A DNA stretch of 64,000 bases, from assembly GCA_965203555.1 (NCBI GenBank), contig CBDBCY010000004.1:640001-704000 (forward strand), given 5' to 3'. Position 1 is the first letter of the stretch, and every line of letters begins with the position of its first letter. Below are positions 20,561-30,916 of this stretch, piece by piece. The position numbers and the translations under genes are program-made. Source of the stretch: Acidimicrobiia bacterium. GTDB taxonomy: Bacteria > Actinomycetota > Acidimicrobiia > Spongiisociales > ZC4RG35. Under the pieces are notes generated by a model that was not told the origin of the DNA, ran no database searches, and saw nothing but the letters and a program-made list of their open reading frames with translations.

Positions 20561-21038
20561 GAGTTTGACGAAAGGCGGACAGCAACACCAGACCCACTCC
20601 CACCGTCAGAGCAGTGTCCGCCATGTTGAACACCGGAAAATTGGGTATCTGAATCCAATCTACAACTTTCCCGTCCAAAAGACCCTCTCCCCTGGTGGCC
20701 CGGTCCACCAGGTTCCCCACCGCGCCTCCCATCACCAGGCCGAGACCGATCACTTCCGATCCGGGACGGGGCTTCCGAAGCGCCCAACCTATCACTCCCA
20801 CCGCTCCGGCGGCGGCAAGACCCAGCCACACCCCGGCGTTTTGAAACATGGAGAATGCCGAACCGGGGTTCTCCACGTAGGTGAACCACAGCACATCCGG
20901 TACTACTTCCAGGCGCTCGGCGTCAAAGCTGTTCTCGGCCCAGCGCTTGCTGATCTGGTCCACCGCCACCACCGTGGCGGCGGCCCCCACCGCCAAACCG
21001 AAGGTGGTGATCAGTTTCGGGCTGCGCACTCTATGCAA
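20544..21038 (-). CDS. lspA: lipoprotein signal peptidase
   Basis: DQISK, NPGSAFS, GGAVGNLVDR, VVDWI, FNMAD. Confidence 0.95.
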   Translation of the reverse strand: MHRVRSPKLITTFGLAVGAAATVVAVDQISKRWAENSFDAERLEVVPDVLWFTYVENPGSAFSMFQNAGVWLGLAAAGAVGVIGWALRKPRPGSEVIGLGLVMGGAVGNLVDRATRGEGLLDGKVVDWIQIPNFPVFNMADTALTVGVGLVLLSAFRQTLAARS

Positions 21039-21382
21039 CTATCGACGTAGGGAAGGTATCGGAGGCGGGCTACGGGAATCGGCCTGCCGCACATGTCGCA
21101 ATCGCCGTAGTCGTTGCGATCCATCTTGGCCAAAGCATAGTTCACCTTTTCCAGCAACAGACTGGCATTGCGCTCCAACGACATCTGGGTCTCGTAGTCG
21201 GTGGCGGCGGCGCCCGCCTCGGCGCTGGCGGGATCGGAACTTCGCTCACCGGCGCCCTCTGACATCCGGGCTTCCTCCATAGCCTGGCTGTAGCCACCTA
21301 TCCGCCCGACGATCCGTACCCGTTCGGCCTCCAGGCGAGCGCGAAGCTGGGAGATCGTCTTCTCATGTAGGACCCGGGCCAT
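21011..21382 (-). CDS. TraR/DksA C4 zinc-finger protein
   Basis: Coiled coil followed by YGDCDMCGRPIPVARL..P....CIEC. Confidence 0.85.
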   Translation of the reverse strand: MARVLHEKTISQLRARLEAERVRIVGRIGGYSQAMEEARMSEGAGERSSDPASAEAGAAATDYETQMSLERNASLLLEKVNYALAKMDRNDYGDCDMCGRPIPVARLRYLPYVDSCIECAARN

Positions 21383-21413
21383 CAATACTCCTCTCAATGC
21401 CCATTCACCGGCA

Positions 21414-21704
21414 TTAGAGATTATCGTGTCGCGGCGTCAATTCCACCTCTTTTCGACGGGTGGAATGTCCGGCTATCACCCGGGCCGCCATGCCCACCTC
21501 CCGGCTCAACAACCTCTCGACCGCACGGTTGGCCTTTCCCCGTTCGGGTGGAGCATTTACCCGTATCTTCACCGAGTCCCCGTACATCCCACCCACTTCG
21601 GTTCGAGACGCCCGCGGTGACACCCACACCCTCAGCCGGTACCTTCCGTTCACGGAACGGACCGCCGGCGACCAGCTTTCGGGAAAGGTCTGCCGGGTGG
21701 CCAT
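21414..21704 (-). CDS. DUF167 (UPF0235/YggU) protein
   Basis: VWVSPRASRTEV..VKIRVNAPPERGKAN..GHSTRRK. Confidence 0.85.
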   Translation of the reverse strand: MATRQTFPESWSPAVRSVNGRYRLRVWVSPRASRTEVGGMYGDSVKIRVNAPPERGKANRAVERLLSREVGMAARVIAGHSTRRKEVELTPRHDNL

Positions 21705-21750
21705 CTCGCAAATGTACCATTCAACTTTTCTACGCCATTTCCACCAGAAC

Positions 21751-24700
21751 ATGTCCACATCCAATTTCACCCGCATTGCCCCAAAAGTGCATTTTCCGGA
21801 ACTGGACGCCGAGGTGTCGGCGGTGTGGGAACGTACCGATGCCTTTGCGGAGTCGATCAGAAGCCGCCCGGCGGACCACGAGTACACCTTCTACGACGGG
21901 CCGCCGTTCACCACCGGTCGCCCTCATTACGGCCACATCCTGGCCGGAGTGATCAAGGACATAGTTCCCAGATACTGGACGATGCGAGGATACCGCATCG
22001 AACGCCGTTTCGGCTGGGACACCCATGGGCTTCCCATCGAGATGGAAGTGCAGGGACAGTTGGGTATCAGCGGTCCCCACCAGATCAACGAGCTGGGAGT
22101 GGACGAATTCAATGAGGCCTGCCGGGCAATGGTGGAGCGCACCACCGAGGAATGGGAAGAGGTCACCGCCCGCATCGGAAGGTGGGTGGACTTTCGCAAC
22201 GACTACAAGACCATGGACCCGGGGTTCATGGAGAGCGTGTGGTGGGTCTTCAGGCAACTTTTGGGACAAGGGGCTGATTTACCGGGACTTCAAGGTATTG
22301 CCCTACTCCTGGGCATGCTCCACGCCTCTTTCCAACTTCGAGTTGAACCTGGGCGGCTACCGGGATGTAGACGACCCTTCCATCACCGTCAAATTGAAAG
22401 TGACAGAAGGGCGCGGCCCCGTGCAGACCGGCGATTACCTACTTGTATGGACCACCACCCCCTGGACGCTGCCGGGGAACCTGGCGGTGGCGGTGGCGCC
22501 GGACCTGCAGTATTCCGCCATCCCCCACAACGGCGAACGTTACTGGGTGGTGGAGGAGTCGGTCGCTTCCCAATGGGATGATCCGCCCGCCCCCGTCGCC
22601 CGGGCCAGCGGCGCAGAGATGGTCGGGAGCCGCTATGAGCCTCCTTTCTCCTATTTTGAGCATCTGGGTTCGGAGGGAGGATTCGCGGTGCTGACATCTG
22701 AGGATGTGACCGCTGAAGAGGGAACCGGCCTGGTCCACATGGCGCCTGCCTACGGTGAGGCTGACTTCGACACATTCGCGGCCAACGGCCTCTCCTTGAT
22801 GGTGGATCCCATCGATGCGGAGGGTCGTTTTACCGAACAGGTGCCGGAGGTGGCGGGACAGAATGTGAAAGACGCCGACCGCATCCTGGTACGCCTCCTG
22901 AAAGAGTCGGGGAAACTGGTGCGCCATGAACGGATAGTGCACTCCTACCCCTTCTGCTACCGCACCGACACTCCACTGATGTACAAGGCCATTCCCACCT
23001 GGTTCGTGCGGGTTGCGCAGCTACGCGAAAGGCTGGTGGAACACAACAAGCTCATCCATTGGGTGCCCGGATACGTGGGAGAGCGGCGATTCGGGAACTG
23101 GTTGGGGGACGCCCGTGACTGGGCTATCAGCAGAAACCGCTACTGGGGATCCTGCATTCCGGTGTGGGAGTGCCAGACCTGCGGGCATCAGCATTGCATA
23201 GGGTCACTGGACGAACTGGAGCAACACTCCGGACAACGGCCCGACGACCTGCATAAACACGTGGTGGATCTGATCACCTTCCCCTGTCCCCACAACGGAT
23301 GCCGGGGCGCAATGCGCCGGGTTCCCGAGGTCCTGGACTGCTGGTTCGAGTCGGGATCCATGCCTTACGGACAGCACCACTATCCCTTTGAGAACCGTGA
23401 GCGATTCGAAAACAATTTCCCGGCCCACTTCATTGCCGAGGGACTCGATCAGACCCGCGGATGGTTCTACACGCTCCATATTCTGGCGGCGGCGCTGTTC
23501 GACCGGCCGGCCTTCTCCAATTGCGTGGTGAACGGGATGATCCTGGCCGCCGACGGACGGAAAATGTCCAAGCGCCTCAAGAACTATCCCGAGCCTCTGG
23601 CGGTACTGGACAAGTTCGGCGCCGATGCCCTGCGCGCCTACCTGATCAACTCCCCGGTGCTCCGAGCCGAGCCTCTTCGGTTCTCGGAAAGGGGCGTCAA
23701 AGAAGTGGTGCGCACCGTACTGCTCCCCCTGTGGAATACCTTTTCCTTCTTCACCACCTACGCCGAGGCGGACGGGATCGGGCTTTCCGACATCGCAGCC
23801 GCACCTCCGCCTGCGCAACGCCCCGCCCTTGACCGTTGGATACTGTCGATGCTCCAGAGCCTGGTCACCGAGGTGCGCCGCCAGATGGACGGTTACTACC
23901 TGTACGAGGTGGTACCCCCCATCCTCGGATTTATCGACCACCTGACCAACTGGTACGTCCGTGGATCGCGACGGCGGTTCTGGAGAAGTCGCGGCGAGGA
24001 CGACGCCGACAAACTGGCCGCTTTCGCCACTCTCTATGAAGTCCTGGTCACCTTCGCAGAGGTCCTGGCGCCGGTGCTGCCGTTCATAACCGAGAAGATC
24101 TACCAGACCCTGGTGGCCTCCTGCGACGATTCGGCAGCATCGAGCATCCATCTTCGCGACTTCCCCGAACCCCGACCCCACCGGATCGACCTCGAGTTGG
24201 AGGAGGGTATGGCCCTGGCCAGAACAGTGGTGAGACTCGCCCACGGGCTGCGCAAACAACACAACCTTCGGGTCCGCCAACCGCTCGGCGCCCTGACCGT
24301 GAATCTGGCCTCGGGGATACGCACCGAACTTCTCAGGATGCTGTCAGAACTGGTCACGAACGAAGTGAACGTCAGAGCCCTGCGGGTGGTAAGTGGAGAG
24401 AAATCGGTCGTGGAGCTTTCCGCCAAGGCAGATTTCCGTCGTCTCGGCCCCCGGTTGGGGTCCCGCACACCGCTGGTGGCCCGCGCCATCCAGGATCTGA
24501 GCAAGGACCAGGTCCAGGGTCTGTTGGACGGCAAGACCATCGAAGTGGCCGGGACCTCAATCACCGGCGACGACGTGGTGATACGTCGGCGGGCGCCGGA
24601 GGGTACCGCCATCGCCGTCGAGGACCACCTCACCGTAACCCTGGACATCAATCTCACCGAGGAATTGAGAACCGAGGGTGTGGCTCGGGAGATCACCGCC

Positions 24701-24943
24701 CGGCTCCAGCAGTTGCGGCGGGAGAGAAAACTGGCGGTGACCGACCGGGTTGCGGTGGCCTGGGAATCGCGCCACCCGGCGGTCATAACCGCCATGCAGG
24801 TTCACGGAAAGATGATCGCGTCGGAAATACTGGCGTCGGAATGGAAGAGGGGGGGCGGCGACACGGACCTGAAGGTGGGAAACTACTTCCTGTCGGTCAG
24901 CATGGCCGTCCTCGCCAAAGGGACCCCTGACGAAGTCGTTTAG
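21751..24943 (+). CDS. ileS: isoleucyl-tRNA synthetase, IleRS2 type (frameshift in the T-run near 22260)
   Basis: FYDGPPFTTGRPHYGH, GWDTHGLP, WTTTPWTLP, DWAISRNRYWG, KMSKR. Confidence 0.97.
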
Positions 24944-24947
24944 TCCT

Positions 24948-25481
24948 CTACAGAAGGCCGCGAATCTGAGAGGCGGCCTTATCCAACTCCTCCATGTGGT
25001 CGTCCATTGCGCCGGGCAGGCCGGTTACGGTCGATTTGACCACTGACATCACTATTCGGTAACGCTCGATCTCAGCCAGCATGAGTTGGGCGGCGCGCTC
25101 CCGTTTCCGGTCCAGTTCCCCCAACGGGATCCGAGGCGCCCCGGGCGTCTGCTCCCTCGGCGAGGACGCCGGGGCAGAGATGCCGGCGGCCTCGTTGCGA
25201 GCCGCGGCCACCAACTGGGATGCACTCTCCTGAGCTTCGTCGATGATCCGCCGCGCCTCGGCTCGGGCCTGCGACAGCGCCCGGGCCGACTCCTGGTTGT
25301 CGGCGGCTGGCGGCTTCCTCTTGATCTCGGCGATGATCCGGTCCCGTTCCGCCAAGAGCTCCTCGTACTCTTTCAGTGAAAGGGCCACTTCATCCAGGAA
25401 TTCATCCACGTCCTCAAGGTGATAGCCTCGCAAAGCAGTACGGAAGAACTTCTCTTGTATGTCGTCGGGAGTGAGGGGCAT
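24948..25481 (-). CDS. divIVA: DivIVA/Wag31 domain protein
   Basis: LTPDDIQEKFF...RGYHLEDVDEFLDEV followed by a coiled coil. Confidence 0.9.
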   Translation of the reverse strand: MPLTPDDIQEKFFRTALRGYHLEDVDEFLDEVALSLKEYEELLAERDRIIAEIKRKPPAADNQESARALSQARAEARRIIDEAQESASQLVAAARNEAAGISAPASSPREQTPGAPRIPLGELDRKRERAAQLMLAEIERYRIVMSVVKSTVTGLPGAMDDHMEELDKAASQIRGLL

Positions 25482-25590
25482 GTTTTTACCGATCTCTAGG
25501 TCAGTGACTCAGGTATGAATTATAAAAGGTCCAACAGTTCGGCCAACGACTTAGCAGACCCATTGCCGCGCCCGATCCTGCCCGAAGGGA

Positions 25591-25845
25591 TCAGCAGATA
25601 ATGCGTTCCAGGAGCATCACTGCTATCAGCAAGGCCACAGGAGAGAGATCAACACCTACCGTTCCTATCCGCACCGGTGGCAAAAAGCTGCGAAACGGCC
25701 TCAACAGCGGGTGCAAAACCCGGTTCAGAATCTCCTTGGCGCTGTGCAGGGGGTGACCTGTCGTGGTAGGGATCCAACTGAGCACCACCCAGATCAATAT
25801 CACCCAGACCACCAAGTCGAGCAACTGGCAGATCAAAAGGGCCAC
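25591..25845 (-). CDS. yggT: YggT family membrane protein
   Basis: VLSWIP..PLLRPFRSFLPP..GVDLS. Confidence 0.9.
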   Translation of the reverse strand: MALLICQLLDLVVWVILIWVVLSWIPTTTGHPLHSAKEILNRVLHPLLRPFRSFLPPVRIGTVGVDLSPVALLIAVMLLERIIC

Positions 25846-25871
25846 AATTCAACCCTCCGTTCCCTATTGTC

Positions 25872-26384
25872 TCAAATGCCGGTGGAGGCCGGCCACATTC
25901 CGATCTTGGCCAACCGGGCTTTTTCACTTTGGGAAACGGCTGCGCCGGGAGGCGTCACCAGCACCAATCCGTCACCCACCTGCAATACCTCACCCTGGTT
26001 GTAGCTGGTCAGACCGGCGGCGTAGTAAACCACGCCTTGCGCCATTTCTGTGTCGAGGAACCGAAGATCCAACATCACCGGAACGCCGGCCTTGTACCAA
26101 GAAGTGAGATGCGGACAATCCTGGAAACCATCTACCTGCAGGACCTCCGTCTCCACTTCCAGGGGCGTTGTGGAAAGACGTGGGGGCGACATCCGGGGGC
26201 GATCGGTTCGCAACACCGACGAGACCGTCTGTGTGTCGATGGGTCGATCGGAGATCAGACGCACGTTACCCGAAGTCGGAGCTCGGATCTCGGCTGAAGT
26301 GGAGGTGGGAGGAGGAGTCCAGGCGTCTTCGTCTTCCACCAAACCCAAGAAATCCCAGACCTTTCCCATAATGTTCTTGTTCAT
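25872..26384 (-). CDS. sepF: cell division protein SepF
   Basis: N-terminal amphipathic KVWDFLGL; C-terminal GVPVMLDL..YAAGL..VLVTP; conserved gene position. Confidence 0.85.
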   Translation of the reverse strand: MNKNIMGKVWDFLGLVEDEDAWTPPPTSTSAEIRAPTSGNVRLISDRPIDTQTVSSVLRTDRPRMSPPRLSTTPLEVETEVLQVDGFQDCPHLTSWYKAGVPVMLDLRFLDTEMAQGVVYYAAGLTSYNQGEVLQVGDGLVLVTPPGAAVSQSEKARLAKIGMWPASTGI

Positions 26385-27034
26385 GATCCTTCACCGAATA
26401 TTGCTCGACCCACCCGTACCATGGTAGCCCCCTCCTCGACAGCCACTTGGTAATCTTCCGTCATCCCCATCGACAATTCGGTCATGACGGAATACCGGCT
26501 CCGCAGTCCCTCCGACAATCGACGAAGCCGCCGAAAATAGGGCCGGGCCTCCTCGGGTTTTTCAACCTGGGGCGCCATGGCCATCAGTCCCCGCAAGTCC
26601 ACTCCCTCCTTCAGGAACGTCTCGACCATTTCCTCGACCTGATCGGGCGCCACTCCGTGCTTCTGAGGTTCGCAGCCGATATTCACCTGCGCCAGGGCCG
26701 CAACCGGATCGGGGATGTTTCTGCTCCAATACCTTGCCAATTTCACTCGGTCCATGGAGTGCAGGAGGTGAACCGAGGGGCGGACCAGCCTGACCTTGTT
26801 GGTTTGGAGGGGACCCACGAAGTGCCACCGTATGTCGGCGGGAAGCCGGCCCACTTTCCAGGACAGTTCCTGGGCCCGGTTCTCCCCGAAGTCTCTCACC
26901 CCCTCATCGTAAAGTCTCCTGATTCGTGACACGTCGCGGCCTTTGGTGATGACGATCAGCGTTACTTCCTCGGGCCTTCGGCCTGCCCTGACGGCAGCCT
27001 CGGCCACCTGTTCGGCGACCATGCCGTAGCTCAT
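26381..27034 (-). CDS. yggS: YggS family PLP homeostasis protein
   Basis: VITK, FGENRAQEL, WHFVGPLQTNK, LSMGMTEDY, VRVGRAIFG. Confidence 0.93.
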   Translation of the reverse strand: MSYGMVAEQVAEAAVRAGRRPEEVTLIVITKGRDVSRIRRLYDEGVRDFGENRAQELSWKVGRLPADIRWHFVGPLQTNKVRLVRPSVHLLHSMDRVKLARYWSRNIPDPVAALAQVNIGCEPQKHGVAPDQVEEMVETFLKEGVDLRGLMAMAPQVEKPEEARPYFRRLRRLSEGLRSRYSVMTELSMGMTEDYQVAVEEGATMVRVGRAIFGEGS

Positions 27035-27654
27035 GGCGCGATCCATCCTATGGCCGCCATTCTCCGGGGAGAAGCATTGCGACGATGCGAGAAACATCCC
27101 GGCTGGTGCAGGGTACAACGGTTCGCCCACCAGGTGGGGAGATCGCCCAATTGTTCGCCCAGCGCCCCTCCCAGGTTGACAGAGGTACGCCCCTGCCGAG
27201 AATGGGAAACCTGCCCGGGAAATCGGGCAGCCACCTCGGGCCCCACTTCGAAGCAGCAGGGTCCGATGAAGGGACCCACTGCCGCCCAGGAGGGGATGAT
27301 TCCCACTGACCGCATCGCCTCCATCAAGGATGTCACCACCCCGTCCACCACCCCCCGCCACCCGGCGTGAGCTGCCCCCACCGCTCCGGGTCCCCCCACC
27401 ACCACGGCCGCGCAGTCGGCCGCCATTACCGCCACAGGCAGACCCACGACCCTGGTGAACAGAGCGTCCGTCTCCGCCGTCACTCCGGCGGCCGTCACCT
27501 CAGCCACCCGGTTCCCATGCACCTGGCGCAGGGTGGCCCACTCCGGGGAGATACCCAACTCAGCGGAGACAACCGCCCTGCTGGATTGCCGGCGCTGGTC
27601 ACCATTGGCCGCCAGCGTGAAGGCTGCTCCGGGCCAGGACGGGGGTTGGATCAC
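27031..27654 (-). CDS. pgeF: PgeF/YfiH family protein
   Basis: QVHG, ADC, AAHAGWRG, GPFIGPCCFEVG, FSHR. Confidence 0.9.
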   Translation of the reverse strand: MIQPPSWPGAAFTLAANGDQRRQSSRAVVSAELGISPEWATLRQVHGNRVAEVTAAGVTAETDALFTRVVGLPVAVMAADCAAVVVGGPGAVGAAHAGWRGVVDGVVTSLMEAMRSVGIIPSWAAVGPFIGPCCFEVGPEVAARFPGQVSHSRQGRTSVNLGGALGEQLGDLPTWWANRCTLHQPGCFSHRRNASPRRMAAIGWIAP

Positions 27655-28727
27655 TTTCTCCTGGAGGAAGCGCTGGGGATGTCGAATACGATCCCAGAGC
27701 CGGGACTGCTGGAGCTGACGCCTGAAGACCTGGAGTCCGAGAGGGCCGACGCCGCCCTGCGAGCCGCTATGCGATCGAAACCGGCCGCTATCACGGTAAC
27801 TTGCATCTCCTCGCCCAAGGCGTCGTTGATGATGGCCCCAAATATGATGTTGGCTTCGTCGGAGGCCAACTCCGTGATGGTTTCGGCCGCCAGGTACGCC
27901 TCGTGGAGGGTCATTTCCCGTGATCCGGCCACCGACAGCAGTATTCCCGAGGCCCCGTCCATGCTGATCTCCAGCAGGGGACTGGAGATCGCCCGCTTGG
28001 CGGCCTGCAATGCACGGTCCTCGCCCCGCGCTTTCCCCACTCCCAGCACTGCGGAACCGCCGTCGGCCATGACCGTCTTCACATCGGCGAAGTCCACATT
28101 GATCAGACCGGTGGTGTTGATCAGGTTGGTTATTCCGGCCACGCCATCCATCAGCACCTCGTCGGCCAGCCGGAATGTCTCATTGATGGGCGCCGAGGGA
28201 TCGGCGACTTCCAGCAATCGGTCATTGGGAACAACCACCAGGGTGTCCACCTGTTCCCTGAGCTCACTGATCCCCCTCTCGGCAATGGATGACCTTACCC
28301 GACCCTCGAATCCGAACGGCCGGGTGACGATTCCAACCGTCAAAGCCCCCAGATTGCGGGCCACCTCCGCCACCACCGGCGCCGCCCCGGTGCCCGTGCC
28401 CCCGCCTTCACCGCAGGTGACGAACACCATGTCGGCGCCCCGGAGGATGTCCTCCATCTCGTCGCGATGAGCATCAGCCGCTTTGCGACCGACCTCCGGA
28501 TCGGCCCCCGCCCCCAGACCCTTGGTCAACTCTCCTCCGATCTCAAGTTTCACCATTGCGTCGGACGCCATAAGAGACTGGGCATCGGTATTCAATACCA
28601 CAAATTCCACTCCCTGCAAACCCGATTCGATCATGCGGTTAACCGCGTTGACCCCCGCTCCTCCCACCCCGATCACTTTCAAGACTGCCACGTACGCGCT
28701 GGCCGGCTCCCAGATGATGTCCTGCAT
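27651..28727 (-). CDS. ftsZ: cell division protein FtsZ
   Basis: GVGGAGVNAVNRM, GEGGGTGTG, INVDFADV. Confidence 0.98.
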   Translation of the reverse strand: MQDIIWEPASAYVAVLKVIGVGGAGVNAVNRMIESGLQGVEFVVLNTDAQSLMASDAMVKLEIGGELTKGLGAGADPEVGRKAADAHRDEMEDILRGADMVFVTCGEGGGTGTGAAPVVAEVARNLGALTVGIVTRPFGFEGRVRSSIAERGISELREQVDTLVVVPNDRLLEVADPSAPINETFRLADEVLMDGVAGITNLINTTGLINVDFADVKTVMADGGSAVLGVGKARGEDRALQAAKRAISSPLLEISMDGASGILLSVAGSREMTLHEAYLAAETITELASDEANIIFGAIINDALGEEMQVTVIAAGFDRIAARRAASALSDSRSSGVSSSSPGSGIVFDIPSASSRRK

Positions 28728-28761
28728 CAGAATTGCCCCCTTTGGAAGGAATTATTGAGGT

Positions 28762-28828
28762 TCAACTAGAAGGTTGATAGGTAAATCTGGAAAAGTCAAA
28801 TTGGAGAAGTCAATCTCAACTAGAAGGT
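28762..28828. promoter_or_regulatory. ftsZ upstream palindrome and direct repeats (candidate regulator sites)
   Basis: TCAAC-N6-GTTGA at 28762-28777; TCAACTAGAAGGT repeated at 28816; TGGA(A/G)AAGTCAA twice (28788, 28802). Confidence 0.55.
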
Positions 28829-30003
28829 GAGGTTACCGCTATCTCCGTATCGACACCTCGGTAAACCGCGGGCCTGAACGGAGACAGCAAATTGATTACC
28901 GAACCGGGATCAGTGTGATGGTCGATCAGCGCACCCAGCACCTTGGCCTTTTCTTCCAGGTCCGTGGCTCTTCCCAATCTTACGATCCGTCCCGCCACCT
29001 CGGCTGTGACCTGCCCTCCATGCACTTCCAGCGCCGTTGTTATCAGCAAATCTGATCGCAGGTGCTCCAAGAAGCTCAGAGCCGGTTGCAGACCCGGGTC
29101 AGTGAGATCCAACGGCGCGCCCGCCAGGCCGGTGACATGCGGCAGGTGTTCCTCCGAATCGACATCCAGCTCCACCCCGTCCGACGAAACGGCCCTCCAC
29201 CCCCTTCCGTCAAGGGCCCACGCCACCGGATAGCGCTCCTCCAACGCGATCCTTACGGTGCCGGGCCAGGCCTTCTCGATCTCCACGTCCGCTACCCACG
29301 GATCGGCCAGCAAGCCTTCCCGCAAGAGGTCCTCCTCAACCGACAACATCGGAACACCCTCGGCAACTCCCGTGTCCCGGAGAATCTGCATCGCCGATGA
29401 AGACACCTGGCCCGTCACCACCAGGTTTCTCACCGCCAGATACGGTGAGTTGGCCACCCAAAATCCAACTCCCACCGCGGCCATTACTCCCAGCAGCCAA
29501 ACCGCCCGCTTGAATGCCTTGCGCTCTTCTCTCTCTCTAACCCTTCGGGCGCGTTCGGCGATCCGAGGATCCATGTCGGCCCCCGTACCACTTCCTCTCT
29601 TCTTTTTGAACGAGGAGATGGTGGGACGCCTCTTTTTCTGGTCCTCTCCGCCGGTGGAATCGGAACCCGGCGGCGCCCCTGATTTCTTGCCTCTGCGGAA
29701 GAGCCGGCGGGTTTTGGAGCGGGTCCGGCGAGAGGCGGCCTGCTGACGGGTTCCGGATGCACCTGCGGGAAAAACCTCTGAGGGTCCCCCCGGTTCCCGC
29801 CGGGCGCCGCCGACCCCGACCCGGGGCGGGGTCGGCCGATCAAATGTTACGGGATGAAGATCTCCGGGCATCGTACTCCCGCCCTTTACGGGAACCCGAA
29901 CAACCGTCTCCCGGTCGTTGCTCGAAGAACGCGAACCGGCCCGTTTTCTCCATCGCCGATTCGGCTTCTTCGTTCCGGAGGTCTTCGGTTTCTTGTCTCT
30001 CAA
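28816..30003 (-). CDS. ftsQ: cell division protein FtsQ with a long basic N-terminal extension
   Basis: MDPRIAERAR, TM helix, POTRA (PWVADVEIEKAWPGTVRIALEERYPVA); between murB and ftsZ; start uncertain. Confidence 0.85.
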   Translation of the reverse strand: MRDKKPKTSGTKKPNRRWRKRAGSRSSSNDRETVVRVPVKGGSTMPGDLHPVTFDRPTPPRVGVGGARREPGGPSEVFPAGASGTRQQAASRRTRSKTRRLFRRGKKSGAPPGSDSTGGEDQKKRRPTISSFKKKRGSGTGADMDPRIAERARRVREREERKAFKRAVWLLGVMAAVGVGFWVANSPYLAVRNLVVTGQVSSSAMQILRDTGVAEGVPMLSVEEDLLREGLLADPWVADVEIEKAWPGTVRIALEERYPVAWALDGRGWRAVSSDGVELDVDSEEHLPHVTGLAGAPLDLTDPGLQPALSFLEHLRSDLLITTALEVHGGQVTAEVAGRIVRLGRATDLEEKAKVLGALIDHHTDPGSVINLLSPFRPAVYRGVDTEIAVTSPSS

Positions 30004-30007
30004 ACTG

Positions 30008-30916
30008 CTACCCCTTCGTTGGAAAACCGACAAATCTAATCTCCGGTTCCAGGTCAATGCCGGTGGCCTCCCGAACACTCCGACGCACCTTGGCGACCAG
30101 GCGGCGGACGTCCTCCGCGGTGGCGCCCCTGTCGGCCACAAAGAAGTTGGCGTGCTTCTCAGAAACCCGCACACGCCCTATCCGGGCGCCTTTGAGGCCC
30201 AGATCGTCAATGATCCGGCCGGCCGCATCGCCCGGGGGATTCTTGAACACGCTACCCGCGTTGAGGGTGCCTCCCGGCTGATGGAGACGCCGCCACCGAG
30301 TGATGTTCCGCATCCGGTCCAACCCCTGGGACTGCTCGCCCGATGTGAAGGCGAACCACGCCCTGGTGACCACCTGGAAAGGCTGAACCGCCGAAGTACG
30401 ATACCCCAGCCGCAACTGGGGAGGAGACACGCTCTGCAATTGCCCCGTGGACAAGTCGAATATCTCCACCTCCTTCAATACATCCACCATTTCCCAACCG
30501 TGACAGCCGGCGTTCTGGCACACGCCTCCACCAACCGTCCCCGGAATCCCCACCATGAATTCCAGTCCCAACCGACCCTCTCCCGCCGCCGAGCGAGCCA
30601 AACGGGGAAGGGGCACTCCTCCCCCCGCCTCGATCCGGTCCGTCTCATGCCTGATAGAGAGGAACTCCCCCACCAATCTGATCACCATCCCCGGGTAACC
30701 CTGGTCGGCAACAATCACATTGCTCCCTTTTCCCAGCACCAACACGCGGTCGTCGTCGCCTCCCACCCCGGCCTTCGCCAGCGCCCGGAGGTCGGCGAGA
30801 CTGCTCGCCTCGGCATACCAGCGGGCGGCGCCGCCCAGCTTGTAGGTGGTCAGCCCGTCAAGAGGAACATCCCTTCGCACCAAACCTCGATACGACAACC
30901 GGGACCAATCACTCAT
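30008..30916 (-). CDS. murB: UDP-N-acetylenolpyruvoylglucosamine reductase
   Basis: TTYKLGG, LGKGSNV, GIPGTVGG, NAGSVFKNP, KHANF. Confidence 0.95.
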   Translation of the reverse strand: MSDWSRLSYRGLVRRDVPLDGLTTYKLGGAARWYAEASSLADLRALAKAGVGGDDDRVLVLGKGSNVIVADQGYPGMVIRLVGEFLSIRHETDRIEAGGGVPLPRLARSAAGEGRLGLEFMVGIPGTVGGGVCQNAGCHGWEMVDVLKEVEIFDLSTGQLQSVSPPQLRLGYRTSAVQPFQVVTRAWFAFTSGEQSQGLDRMRNITRWRRLHQPGGTLNAGSVFKNPPGDAAGRIIDDLGLKGARIGRVRVSEKHANFFVADRGATAEDVRRLVAKVRRSVREATGIDLEPEIRFVGFPTKG

